Origin: Prochlorococcus sp. MIT 0801
GTDB lineage: Bacteria; Cyanobacteriota; Cyanobacteriia; PCC-6307; Cyanobiaceae
Length of the DNA stretch: 32,000 bases
Assembly (NCBI RefSeq): GCF_000757865.1
Contig: NZ_CP007754.1
Span: 1,590,001-1,622,000, forward strand
Reading direction: 5' to 3'
Shown: piece by piece, positions 18,715-26,744 of the stretch
Layout: each line of letters begins with the position of its first letter
Numbering within the stretch: the stretch's first letter is position 1
Made by a program: the position numbers and the translations under genes
Notes under the pieces: generated by a model
What the model was told of the DNA's origin: nothing
Seen by the model: only the letters and a program-made list of their open reading frames with translations
Database searches by the model: none

Positions 18715-19410
18715 CTATATTTTCCATCTCAGATAATTAATTGAACTAAGTTTTTCCTGCACCTCTTCAGGGTTACCAGAAGCCAAAATAATCTTATCTA
18801 GAACAACAACCTTGTCATAAGCATTTAATGATGTTCCCCAATCGTGACTACTGACGAACACTGTCAATCCAGAATCAGCTAACTGACGGATGATTAATAG
18901 GAAATCTTCCTTTGCGGGGGGATCAAATGCGGCACAAGGTTCATCAAGTAGAAATATTTCGGCAGGATTCATCAAGGTTTTTGCGAGTAATGCTCTTTGT
19001 TGCTGACCACCGGATAAAGAATCAAGTCGCCTTTTTGCTAAATGAGATATTCCAACACGTTGAAGAGCCGCTTCTAATTCACAACAAGTTGATTTCGAAT
19101 GATTGACTCGACCTAAAGAAACTAATCCTTCAACAGTAATTGGAAAATTCCAATTAAGCTTCCCCCTCTGAGGCATTAAAGCCACTTGAGATCGATTATT
19201 TCTAAGTGGTTTTCCGTCAACAGTAATTTCTCCTTGATCCGGCTTACTACTTCCTTGCAGCAAGCTTAATAATGTGGACTTACCAGCACCATTGGGACCA
19301 ACAAGAGCAGTCAAAGTACCTTGCTCAAGCTTAAGAGAAACCTTGCTTAAAGCAGGTTTGATTTTACTCGAATAGGAATATGTCACATTTTCAGCAATCA
19401 AACTAGACAT
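18715..19410 (-). CDS. znuC: zinc ABC transporter ATP-binding protein
   Basis: Walker A GPNGAGKST, signature LSGGQQQR, Walker B FLLDEP. ATG at 19410; the track adds one TTG codon at 19413. Confidence 0.92.
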   Translation of the reverse strand: MSSLIAENVTYSYSSKIKPALSKVSLKLEQGTLTALVGPNGAGKSTLLSLLQGSSKPDQGEITVDGKPLRNNRSQVALMPQRGKLNWNFPITVEGLVSLGRVNHSKSTCCELEAALQRVGISHLAKRRLDSLSGGQQQRALLAKTLMNPAEIFLLDEPCAAFDPPAKEDFLLIIRQLADSGLTVFVSSHDWGTSLNAYDKVVVLDKIILASGNPEEVQEKLSSINYLRWKI

Positions 19411-19460
19411 CAATTAGAGGATTTGCTGACAAGAAACATAATATACTTGCCAAGACCAAA

Positions 19461-19479
19461 TGAAAATGATTATCGTTTT
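19461..19479. promoter_or_regulatory. probable Zur box in the znuC/znuA divergent promoter region
   Basis: TGAAAATGATTATCGTTTT contains an 8-1-8 near-palindrome, AAAATGAT-T-ATCGTTTT, with 7/8 arm complementarity. It lies 21 nt upstream of the znuA ATG and 48 nt upstream of the znuC start. Fur-family operators are typically AT-rich palindromes at this location. Confidence 0.6.
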
Positions 19480-19499
19480 AGATACGCTAAATATTCTTG

Positions 19500-21017
19500 A
19501 TGTCGAATTTTTCTAATCAGTCCAAAAAGGCTAAACCCATAATCAATAAAACATTTCTCAAAAGTTCTCTTGTTGCTGGAGCATTTTTATTTTCTGGAAT
19601 TAATCAAAGTGCACAGGCAAATTCAAAACCAATTGTTGCCGTAGAGCCATTAGTCTGCGATGTCGTTTCTGCGATTGCACCACCTTCAACACCTGTAACC
19701 TGCTTAATTGATAGAAAACAAGATGTTCATGATGTCAAAATCACTCCAAGGCAAGCTCAAACACTAAAGAGTGCAAACCAAGTATTTACTCTTGGTTCAG
19801 AGATGACCCCTGCAATGAAAAAATGGTTAGATAATCCTTTAACTGTTGTTGTCGGCGTAAGTGCAATAGAAATAGACGATCATCATGACGATCACGATGA
19901 TCATTCAGCTTCTAAGGATGATGACCACGATGATCATTCAGCTGCTAAACATGACGATCATGATGACCATGATGATCATAGCGATAGCCACGGAGAAGGA
20001 GATTTTGAATGGGCTGGTGTTTTTGATCTTTCAGCAGGAACATACAAATGGTCTTTTGCCAAAGTTGATGGAGACTATGCTGATCCTGCAATGAAAATGG
20101 TTATTCTCAACTCTGGTGATATTGAAGCATCAGAAGAGCTTGCTAAAGAATTATTAGGTTCTAAGAATTCAGAAACCAAACGCAATAATGACAAACTTGT
20201 TGCGCAGGAAAAAGCTTATTTTCTTTCATTCAATGAAAAGAGAGATACCACAACATTTACTGTAGAAATCAAAAAAGCTGGTAAATATGCATTCTTTACT
20301 GAGCATATGCCTTTTGAATTTGAAGCCGACGAACATTTCTTTAAGGATATTTCAGGCGACGATGTTGAACCGATTGCTCAAGTCCCAGATGAAGGCGATC
20401 ACCATCATCACCATGACCATGGTGGGCTAGATCCTCATATCTGGCATGACCCTCATAACATCATCAAGATGGGAAATGTCATTTCTAAAAATATCAATAA
20501 GAAAATTTCCTTCTTTGACAGAGAAACAAAAAAAGTTTTAAAAGAGAGGACTGAAGCCGTTAATTCTATTTTGGAAGATCTCGATTTATGGACTCAAAAA
20601 CAAGTTGCCACAATTCCTACTGATCGAAGGACAATCGTTTCTAAGCACAAAGCGATGGAATATTACGGAGATGCATTTGGCTTGAAGACTTTGAGTCTAT
20701 TAGATTTCCTTGGTGATTCTTCCAGCCTTAGACCAGAGACTATTTCAACGGTAATAGCTGAGTTGAAAGAAGAAAACGTGAACGTATTATTCGCTGAGCA
20801 AAAGCCTCCTTCCAAGCTATTGAAAAATCTGAGCAGACAAACTTCCACCCCTATTGCAAGAAATCAGATCTTTGTTGATGGTCTAATGCTAGAGGGGAAT
20901 ACTGTTTCAGTAGCAGTACACAACACATGTACAATTGTGGATTCACTTGGTGGAGAATGTGACGAGAAAGAGGGTGATGAACTTGAGAGTAAATGGAATG
21001 ATTTAACTAACCCTTAA
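19500..21017 (+). CDS. znuA: zinc ABC transporter substrate-binding protein with a split His/Asp-rich loop and a ~105-aa inserted domain
   Basis: About 505 aa, versus the ~300-340 aa I recall as typical for ZnuA. It has a signal sequence, cluster A-I SBP motifs (DVHDV, GLDPHIWHDP, KHKAMEYYG) and His/Asp tracts DDHHDDHDDH...HDDHDDHDDH and DHHHHHDH. These tracts flank an extra domain starting at FEWAGVF. Confidence 0.9.
   Translation: MSNFSNQSKKAKPIINKTFLKSSLVAGAFLFSGINQSAQANSKPIVAVEPLVCDVVSAIAPPSTPVTCLIDRKQDVHDVKITPRQAQTLKSANQVFTLGSEMTPAMKKWLDNPLTVVVGVSAIEIDDHHDDHDDHSASKDDDHDDHSAAKHDDHDDHDDHSDSHGEGDFEWAGVFDLSAGTYKWSFAKVDGDYADPAMKMVILNSGDIEASEELAKELLGSKNSETKRNNDKLVAQEKAYFLSFNEKRDTTTFTVEIKKAGKYAFFTEHMPFEFEADEHFFKDISGDDVEPIAQVPDEGDHHHHHDHGGLDPHIWHDPHNIIKMGNVISKNINKKISFFDRETKKVLKERTEAVNSILEDLDLWTQKQVATIPTDRRTIVSKHKAMEYYGDAFGLKTLSLLDFLGDSSSLRPETISTVIAELKEENVNVLFAEQKPPSKLLKNLSRQTSTPIARNQIFVDGLMLEGNTVSVAVHNTCTIVDSLGGECDEKEGDELESKWNDLTNP
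19875..19991 (+). repeat. repetitive coding DNA for the His/Asp-rich loop (18-nt exact repeat with a 33-nt period)
   Basis: cacgatgatcattcagct occurs at 19893-19910 and at 19926-19943. The surrounding sequence is gat/cat-rich and encodes (D/H)n. Confidence 0.85.
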
Positions 21018-21074
21018 CTTTTACAAATACAATCCTGTCTACATTGATAAAATGCAGACAGTATTGACACAAAA

Positions 21075-21392
21075 ATGTTTCCAACTAAAGGGTTTAACGC
21101 CTATAGACAACACTGGGAAGATCAGGCAAGTTTTATGGATAAAGCGCCATGGGATAGAGATAAAATCTTAAAACTTACTATCTCAACTGACTTCGATGAC
21201 AATTTAAAAGAACTTCAATTTTCAAATCATTCGCTTAAGAAAGAAAATGGAAAAAATACAGTAAGATTAAAAGTTCCATACAATTATTTTGAGCTAGATG
21301 ATTTTGAATCAAAGTCCCTAGATTTATTGGGAATACAAGAGAATTGGCTAACTGATATTTCTTTTGACAACTCTCATTGTTCACATTATTAG
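21075..21392 (+). CDS. hypothetical protein (105 aa) between znuA and the COG0523 gene
   Basis: ORF only, with no recognised domain or signal peptide. It ends ..NSHCSHY. It fits the gap between neighbouring genes on the same strand. Confidence 0.4.
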   Translation: MFPTKGFNAYRQHWEDQASFMDKAPWDRDKILKLTISTDFDDNLKELQFSNHSLKKENGKNTVRLKVPYNYFELDDFESKSLDLLGIQENWLTDISFDNSHCSHY

Positions 21393-21400
21393 TTAAAGAA

Positions 21401-22783
21401 ATGAGCATTAAGCAAAAAGTACCGGTTACCATATTGACTGGTTTCCTAGGATCTGGAAAAACTACTCTACTTAATCGAATCTTGAGCGAAGAACACGGTA
21501 AAAAAATAGCTGTTATTGAAAATGAATATGGTGAAGTTGGTATTGATCAAGGATTAGTCATCAATGCTGATGAAGAGGTCTTCGAGATGTCGAATGGTTG
21601 CATTTGCTGCACCGTTCGGGGTGATCTTATTCGTGTACTTGGAAACCTCATGAAGAGGCGAGACAAATTTGACTATGTATTAGTTGAAACTACTGGCCTT
21701 GCTGATCCTGGTCCTGTCGCTCAGACATTCTTTATGGACGATGAAATCCGTGAGGAGTTTTCACTTGATGGAATAGTCACACTTGTTGATGCAGCCCATA
21801 TAGAGCAACAACTTGGTCGAAGTGATGAGAGTTCGGAGCAAGTTGCCTTTGCTGACGTCCTTGTCCTAAATAAAACCGATCTAGTTTCAGATGAATCACT
21901 CGACAACTTAGAATCACGGCTACGCGATATGAATCGTATGGCTCGTGTCATACGCAGTAAACAAGCAGACGTCTCAATTGATACTGTGCTAAATCTAAGT
22001 GCTTTTGATTTAGATCAAGTACTTCAGCGTCGTCCAACTTTTCTTGAACCAGAATACCCATTTGAGTGGACAGGTGTTTTTTCACTTGAAAAAGGTCGCT
22101 ATGAACTTACGCTCGAAGAAGGTCCAGACCCCACAATGTCTCTCGTCCAGTTATTAGATCAAGGTAAAGACGAGACAGCTCTTAACACAGGTGCTGAATC
22201 ATGCGTGAGACTCTACGCAGAACAAGAACAACTTATAAATCCAGGGGATTTGGTTCCAATCGGCAAGCATGTGAGCCTTCAACTTCAATCCGAAGGGACT
22301 AAGTCCTTCTTCATAGATGTTGATAAGGCAAGGGATATAGGTCTATTCACGCAACATACAGCTGAAGAATTTAATATGAAATTAACGAAAGTAAATACTC
22401 CTTCTACAGACCATATAGATAATGATCAGAACATCTCTACAATTTCTCCAATAGCTGAGAGGGTTTGGGTAGCTGAACACGAACATGATGACGAAGTAGG
22501 TTCATTCGCTATCGAGCGAGACGGTAACGTAGATCCAGAAAAACTCAATAGATGGCTAAGTCGACTTTTGTCTGAGAAAGGTGTGGATATATTTCGCACT
22601 AAAGGTTTCATTAGTTATGCGGGTGAATCTAAGCGAATAGTTTTTCAAGGAGTACACATGCTCTTCACAGCACAACCTGATAAAGAATGGGGCAATGAAC
22701 CTCGCCGTAACCAACTCGTCTTTATCGGTAGAAATCTTGATGAAGTAGAAATGAGAAAGGAGTTTGATAAATGTCTGGTATAG
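21401..22783 (+). CDS. COG0523 (CobW/YjiA/ZigA-type) G3E metallochaperone GTPase with an inserted ~105-aa domain
   Basis: GFLGSGKTTLLN (Walker A), ENEYGE, the GCICCTV metal motif, VETTGLADP, LNKTD, and a C-terminal CobW_C-like region (..RTKGFISYAG..IVFQGVH..). Between the G domain and the C-domain lies an insert starting at FEWTGVF, followed by AEHEHDDE. ATG 21401 is preferred over the track start at 21377. Confidence 0.9.
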   Translation: MSIKQKVPVTILTGFLGSGKTTLLNRILSEEHGKKIAVIENEYGEVGIDQGLVINADEEVFEMSNGCICCTVRGDLIRVLGNLMKRRDKFDYVLVETTGLADPGPVAQTFFMDDEIREEFSLDGIVTLVDAAHIEQQLGRSDESSEQVAFADVLVLNKTDLVSDESLDNLESRLRDMNRMARVIRSKQADVSIDTVLNLSAFDLDQVLQRRPTFLEPEYPFEWTGVFSLEKGRYELTLEEGPDPTMSLVQLLDQGKDETALNTGAESCVRLYAEQEQLINPGDLVPIGKHVSLQLQSEGTKSFFIDVDKARDIGLFTQHTAEEFNMKLTKVNTPSTDHIDNDQNISTISPIAERVWVAEHEHDDEVGSFAIERDGNVDPEKLNRWLSRLLSEKGVDIFRTKGFISYAGESKRIVFQGVHMLFTAQPDKEWGNEPRRNQLVFIGRNLDEVEMRKEFDKCLV

Positions 22784-23844
22784 AAGCATTTAGTCCAAAG
22801 GGAATGCTTCATGAAAGTTGGTCTGCTCAAGCTAGCGACTACGCGATTGTCTGCGGCTGGGCACTACAAGGTAAAACTTTTTTAGTAGGTGACGTCGCTG
22901 GTGGGCTTTATGCATTTGAGGGAATATCTGGAAAGCTCATTTGGCAAATAAAAGACATACATAAAGGCGGCTTACTCGCAATGTCTATACATCCAAATGG
23001 AAAGACTTTTGCAACTGCTGGCCAAGATGGACATGTAAATATATGGGAAAGCCAAGAGGGTACGTCAACTAAAACTATAGAACTTGGGAAAGGTTGGGTT
23101 GAGCACATCAAGTGGTCCCCAGACGGAAAATTTTTAGCTGTAGTTTTTACTAAATACGTCTATGTTTTTGATGATCAAGGTCAAGAACATTGGCGATCAG
23201 AGGAGCATCCCAGCACTGTCAGCGCGATTGCTTGGTCTAATTCAAATGAATTAGCAACAGCATGCTATGGCCAAGTAACTTTTTTTGATGTCGTAAACGA
23301 CAAGATCAATCAAAAGTTGGAATGGAGAGGCTCACTAGTATCTATGGTGCTTAGTCCAGATGGTGACATAGTGGCATGCGGCAGCCAAGATAATTCTGTT
23401 CATTTCTGGCGTCGTTCAACTGATCAAGATTCAGAGATGACAGGCTACCCAGGTAAACCAAGCCACCTAGCTTTTGATCAAACCGGCACAGTCCTTGCTA
23501 CTGGGGGTAGTGATCGAGTGACGGTTTGGAGTTTTCAAGGCGATGGTCCTGAGGGCACTGTACCAGGAGAGTTAATGCTTCATACGGAACCCATTTCATG
23601 CCTTTCTTTCTCACATAGCGGGATGCTTTTAGCTTCTGGCGCGAGAGATGGTTCAGTTTTTTCTTGGTTTCTCCAAAAAGATGGTCAGGGTGATCCAGTT
23701 GGTGGTGCATTTGCAGGTGACCTTGTAAGCCAAATCGCTTGGCATCCTGATGACACTGCCTTGGCTGCAATAAATGCAAACGGAGGAATTACGGTTTGGG
23801 AGTTTAAGGTTCGGACGAAAACCTCACCTCAAGGAATCGGATAA
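22771..23844 (+). CDS. WD40-repeat (beta-propeller) protein translationally coupled to the COG0523 gene
   Basis: 357 aa with repeated WD-type units (DGHVNIWE, DNSVHFWR, DRVTVWSF, DGSVFSWF, GGITVWEF). Its ATG lies 13 nt inside the 3' end of the COG0523 ORF. Confidence 0.85.
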   Translation: MSGIEAFSPKGMLHESWSAQASDYAIVCGWALQGKTFLVGDVAGGLYAFEGISGKLIWQIKDIHKGGLLAMSIHPNGKTFATAGQDGHVNIWESQEGTSTKTIELGKGWVEHIKWSPDGKFLAVVFTKYVYVFDDQGQEHWRSEEHPSTVSAIAWSNSNELATACYGQVTFFDVVNDKINQKLEWRGSLVSMVLSPDGDIVACGSQDNSVHFWRRSTDQDSEMTGYPGKPSHLAFDQTGTVLATGGSDRVTVWSFQGDGPEGTVPGELMLHTEPISCLSFSHSGMLLASGARDGSVFSWFLQKDGQGDPVGGAFAGDLVSQIAWHPDDTALAAINANGGITVWEFKVRTKTSPQGIG

Positions 23845-23991
23845 GATCAAAATTTCTTATTTCCAATAGATTCGCGAGAGCTGCTCGATTGCTATTGCCT
23901 AGAAAATTAAAAATCCAACAAGAGGAGTTTTTACTGATGTATAAATATTCCACGTAACTTATATATATGGTTATGTCCCCCAGAGGAATCA

Positions 23992-24135
23992 ATGAAAAAA
24001 ACAATTCTTTGGCTTCAAGAATTACTCATTTCAATGGGAAATGCTCTATTTCATCCTTATAAAGATAACTCACCTCCAAGTTTTGAGGCACAGCCTTTCA
24101 GAGATGACCCTTATAAGAACCGAGGAATTGCATAG
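23992..24135 (+). CDS. possible small protein (47 aa), unknown function
   Basis: Hand-translated as MKKTILWLQELLISMGNALFHPYKDNSPPSFEAQPFRDDPYKNRGIA. An AGAGGA lies 6 nt upstream of the ATG, and a hairpin plus T-run lies ~30 nt downstream. No homology recognised. Confidence 0.3.
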   Translation: MKKTILWLQELLISMGNALFHPYKDNSPPSFEAQPFRDDPYKNRGIA

Positions 24136-24166
24136 GTTAAGGTCAAAATTGTTTTAAATTTCAAAG

Positions 24167-24191
24167 AGAGGTTCAACTGGGCCTCTTTTTT
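24167..24191 (+). terminator. rho-independent terminator candidate
   Basis: Stem AGAGG (24167-24171) pairs with CCTCT (24182-24186), with a 10-nt loop and a following T-run (24187-24191). Confidence 0.45.
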
Positions 24192-24262
24192 AGTATCCAT
24201 TTACAAGAAGAGAAAGTAACGACCGAACCATAAAAAATTAGAGAATGTGCTTTAATAAGCCC

Positions 24263-24418
24263 ATGAATACACAGATTAAGAAGAAGTTAAGCACAAGCAA
24301 TTCTGGCGTTAACTTAAAAAAAACCGACAACAAACAACCTACTTGGCATTTTGAAGTTGAAGGTAGCGGTCAAAGGAAGAGATACTTAAGATCTCTTAAA
24401 GATAAGGCTGTAGCTTAA
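24263..24418 (+). CDS. possible small basic protein (51 aa; 57 aa if started at ATG 24245)
   Basis: Hand-translated as MNTQIKKKLSTSNSGVNLKKTDNKQPTWHFEVEGSGQRKRYLRSLKDKAVA. The stop codon sits inside a hairpin, AAGGCT (24404-24409) pairing with AGCCTT (24424-24429). No homology recognised. Confidence 0.3.
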   Translation: MNTQIKKKLSTSNSGVNLKKTDNKQPTWHFEVEGSGQRKRYLRSLKDKAVA

Positions 24419-24567
24419 TTTATAGCCTTTTAATAAAACAACTTCATCTAAATCAAACAGACCGCTAGCCAACCAAAAGAGGGCAGAAGTCCATATAGGA
24501 TTTTTATTGAAATGGTACTTTCAAGGGATTTAAAGTATCCAGAGCCCGAAAAACCCTTAAAAATTCT

Positions 24568-25197
24568 ATGAATTTAATAGCTAGTTATAGGAATAAAGGT
24601 TTTGAATCTGTTGCTGATGGTGTGATGTCATTTTTTGATCGTCGCACAGACTTGCATCGCAATGGAATCGCCTTCAGTAATGGATCAAATAATGATTCAG
24701 AACCTGCAAAAATTTCAACTGATATCAGCCTTGTATCCATAGATCGTACTGACCCAGAAGCATTTGCACTCTCTGAGGTCATTATAAGAGGAGTCGATGC
24801 TGGGCTTCAAAAATACCTCCAAGATCGTCCTCTTTTAAGTAAATGCTCCCCAGAACAATCACTATTTGTCAATCCAATTTTCAACATACAACGATACGCC
24901 CCTGGAGAAGGATTTAAGAAATGGCACTGTGACTGGACGATTAGCGAAGAAGCAACTGAACCGGTTCATAGAGTTTTAGCTTGGATTCTCTATTGCAATG
25001 ATGTCGAATCTGGAGGTACAGAATTCCACTGGCAGGAACATCATGAGACAGCTGAAAGAGGAAAATTAGTTATTTTCCCTGCGGGATTGACACATATACA
25101 TAGAGGCAGAGTTAACAAAATTCATTCCAAAACAATTGCAACTGGTTGGATAAATGCAGGTTCAAGAGACTCATACATTTCCAGACTGGCAAGTTAA
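24568..25197 (+). CDS. 2OG-Fe(II) oxygenase superfamily protein (the type common in cyanophages and picocyanobacterial islands)
   Basis: 209 aa. HxD facial-triad motif in KKWHCDW, a distal His in GLTHIHRG, and a jelly-roll-like spacing. Confidence 0.75.
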   Translation: MNLIASYRNKGFESVADGVMSFFDRRTDLHRNGIAFSNGSNNDSEPAKISTDISLVSIDRTDPEAFALSEVIIRGVDAGLQKYLQDRPLLSKCSPEQSLFVNPIFNIQRYAPGEGFKKWHCDWTISEEATEPVHRVLAWILYCNDVESGGTEFHWQEHHETAERGKLVIFPAGLTHIHRGRVNKIHSKTIATGWINAGSRDSYISRLAS

Positions 25198-25468
25198 TTA
25201 ATAGAAAAATATTCTTACACAGTTATTTTTCAAGATATAGACAAGATTGTTCCATCTCTCCATAGAGTCCATAAGCAATAATTTTTACCCAATCAGACTT
25301 TATGCTTGAAAAGACAAAAAGTTTCTGATCTAAATTGATAATAATTTTTGAAGAAACTTCAACAGATTGAGAATGAATTGTGTATTATCTACAAACGTTC
25401 AGCTCTATCCGAGTCGCAGTTAGATTCAAGCCATGGAACGGGGACTTGAACAATGACAATTTTTTCTA

Positions 25469-25609
25469 ATGGCTGAACTAACTTACAGAGGACTTAAGTA
25501 CTCTCAAAATAAATCTGCTAAAAGCTCTCAAGAATTGCACTTGCAATATTGTGGTCATGAAATCATGAGTAAGAGAATCCATGAAGCCATGAAAGCTGAA
25601 ATGGGTTGA
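25469..25609 (+). CDS. DUF4278-like small protein (46 aa)
   Basis: Hand-translated as MAELTYRGLKYSQNKSAKSSQELHLQYCGHEIMSKRIHEAMKAEMG. The N-terminal M.L.YRG..Y is the signature I recall for cyanobacterial DUF4278 peptides. Confidence 0.5.
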   Translation: MAELTYRGLKYSQNKSAKSSQELHLQYCGHEIMSKRIHEAMKAEMG

Positions 25610-25777
25610 GAAAGAATTAAAAAAAGTCTTTCCATTAGTTAAATATAGTTTTTAATTATATATTTGAATTTTATTATTTACAAACTAAATAATGAAATAG
25701 CTTACAAACATATTGAATCAATCACTACAGATATAATTTAATTAATGCCTTAAAAGTAAACATTATTCAAATTTAAC

Positions 25778-25972
25778 ATGCAATATGAGCCGGGGACGAT
25801 AGATTGCCATGTCTTCCTAGACTGCAAAGAGCAAATAGAGAAGATGCTACTTAGATTAGACAAAGTAGAGAATACTGAGCACATTTGCAACCAACTTCAA
25901 TCTGTTTACCAACAAATAGAAGGTATGCATGAGTTAAAGAAAGTTAAACGAAAAAAAATTTATACTAATTAA
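25778..25972 (+). CDS. hypothetical protein (64 aa)
   Basis: ORF only, in a very AT-rich region. No recognised motif. Confidence 0.25.
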   Translation: MQYEPGTIDCHVFLDCKEQIEKMLLRLDKVENTEHICNQLQSVYQQIEGMHELKKVKRKKIYTN

Positions 25973-26078
25973 GCTTTAAGCAAATAAATTCAAAACTTAC
26001 TTTAATTTTTTATAGATTTTTAATTCTGTATCAATTATGTCTTAACTTATTTAAGTAAATTAACTATAACTGTTTTAT

Positions 26079-26152
26079 CAGAAAACCCGTTCCAAAGTTT
26101 TCTGTAGGGAGGTCACAACTACTGGGAAGGGTTTTGACCTCCCTCTATTTTT
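26079..26152 (+). terminator. tandem hairpins ending in a T-run (strong terminator and/or 3' end of a small RNA)
   Basis: Hairpin 1 is CAGAAAAC (26079-26086) pairing with GTTTTCTG (26097-26104). Hairpin 2 is a perfect 10-bp GC-rich stem, AGGGAGGTCA (26106-26115) pairing with TGACCTCCCT (26135-26144), followed by CTATTTTT. Only the + strand orientation is followed by a T-run. Confidence 0.55.
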
Positions 26153-26183
26153 AAAGAAAAAAGTTATTAATTTAATAAATTTA

Positions 26184-26390
26184 CTAATTAAATCCTAATT
26201 TCAAAGTTCCCCAAAGATCAAAGGCGCCAAACAAAAAAGCTATAAAAACCAAGTCCCATGCTTTCTGTTTAATAGCCCAAGGAGCAAAAAATACTTCACC
26301 AAGGCCATGAAGAGCTGCTCCTATTCCTAGATGATCTAAAACCAGAAGACCATGAGATAATAAAAATAATCCGCTCGCAAAGTATCTCAA
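26184..26390 (-). CDS. possible small membrane protein (68 aa)
   Basis: Two hydrophobic segments (FASGLFLLSHGLLVLDHLGIGAAL and WDLVFIAFLFGAFDLW). ORF only. Confidence 0.35.
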   Translation of the reverse strand: MRYFASGLFLLSHGLLVLDHLGIGAALHGLGEVFFAPWAIKQKAWDLVFIAFLFGAFDLWGTLKLGFN

Positions 26391-26744
26391 AAAGGTATCG
26401 TAGGTTATGCGTTTAATTTTTTTTTATGTTCGAAAAAGTGATCGCTGTTTCGGGAAGAGATTTAAAGGTTTTGACCATCAAGTCAACCAAGAGTTTTTTA
26501 TTTTTAATGCCTGATTTAGTCATAACCTAATAGCTTATTATGGTTAAATTTATAAATATTTTTTATAATCTTGTGTATCATTAATTGCTTTGTGAGCTAA
26601 ATAAAACAAATCATATTTGATGGCTTTTAGTATATTTAAATACTATTACTCTTGCCTCAAAGATAATTAATTCGATCAAAGTGAATCAATTAATACAGTT
26701 AGATACATTTATTCACGTAATATTCGGTACAAATAAAATTTTTA

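Noticed and set aside
21243-21253. GAAAATGGAAA inside ORF 21075-21392, an 11-nt match to the left arm of the 11285 operator.
   Set aside because: There is no complementary right arm (CATTTTC) downstream, so it is not a palindromic site. It is likely a chance match in AT-rich sequence.
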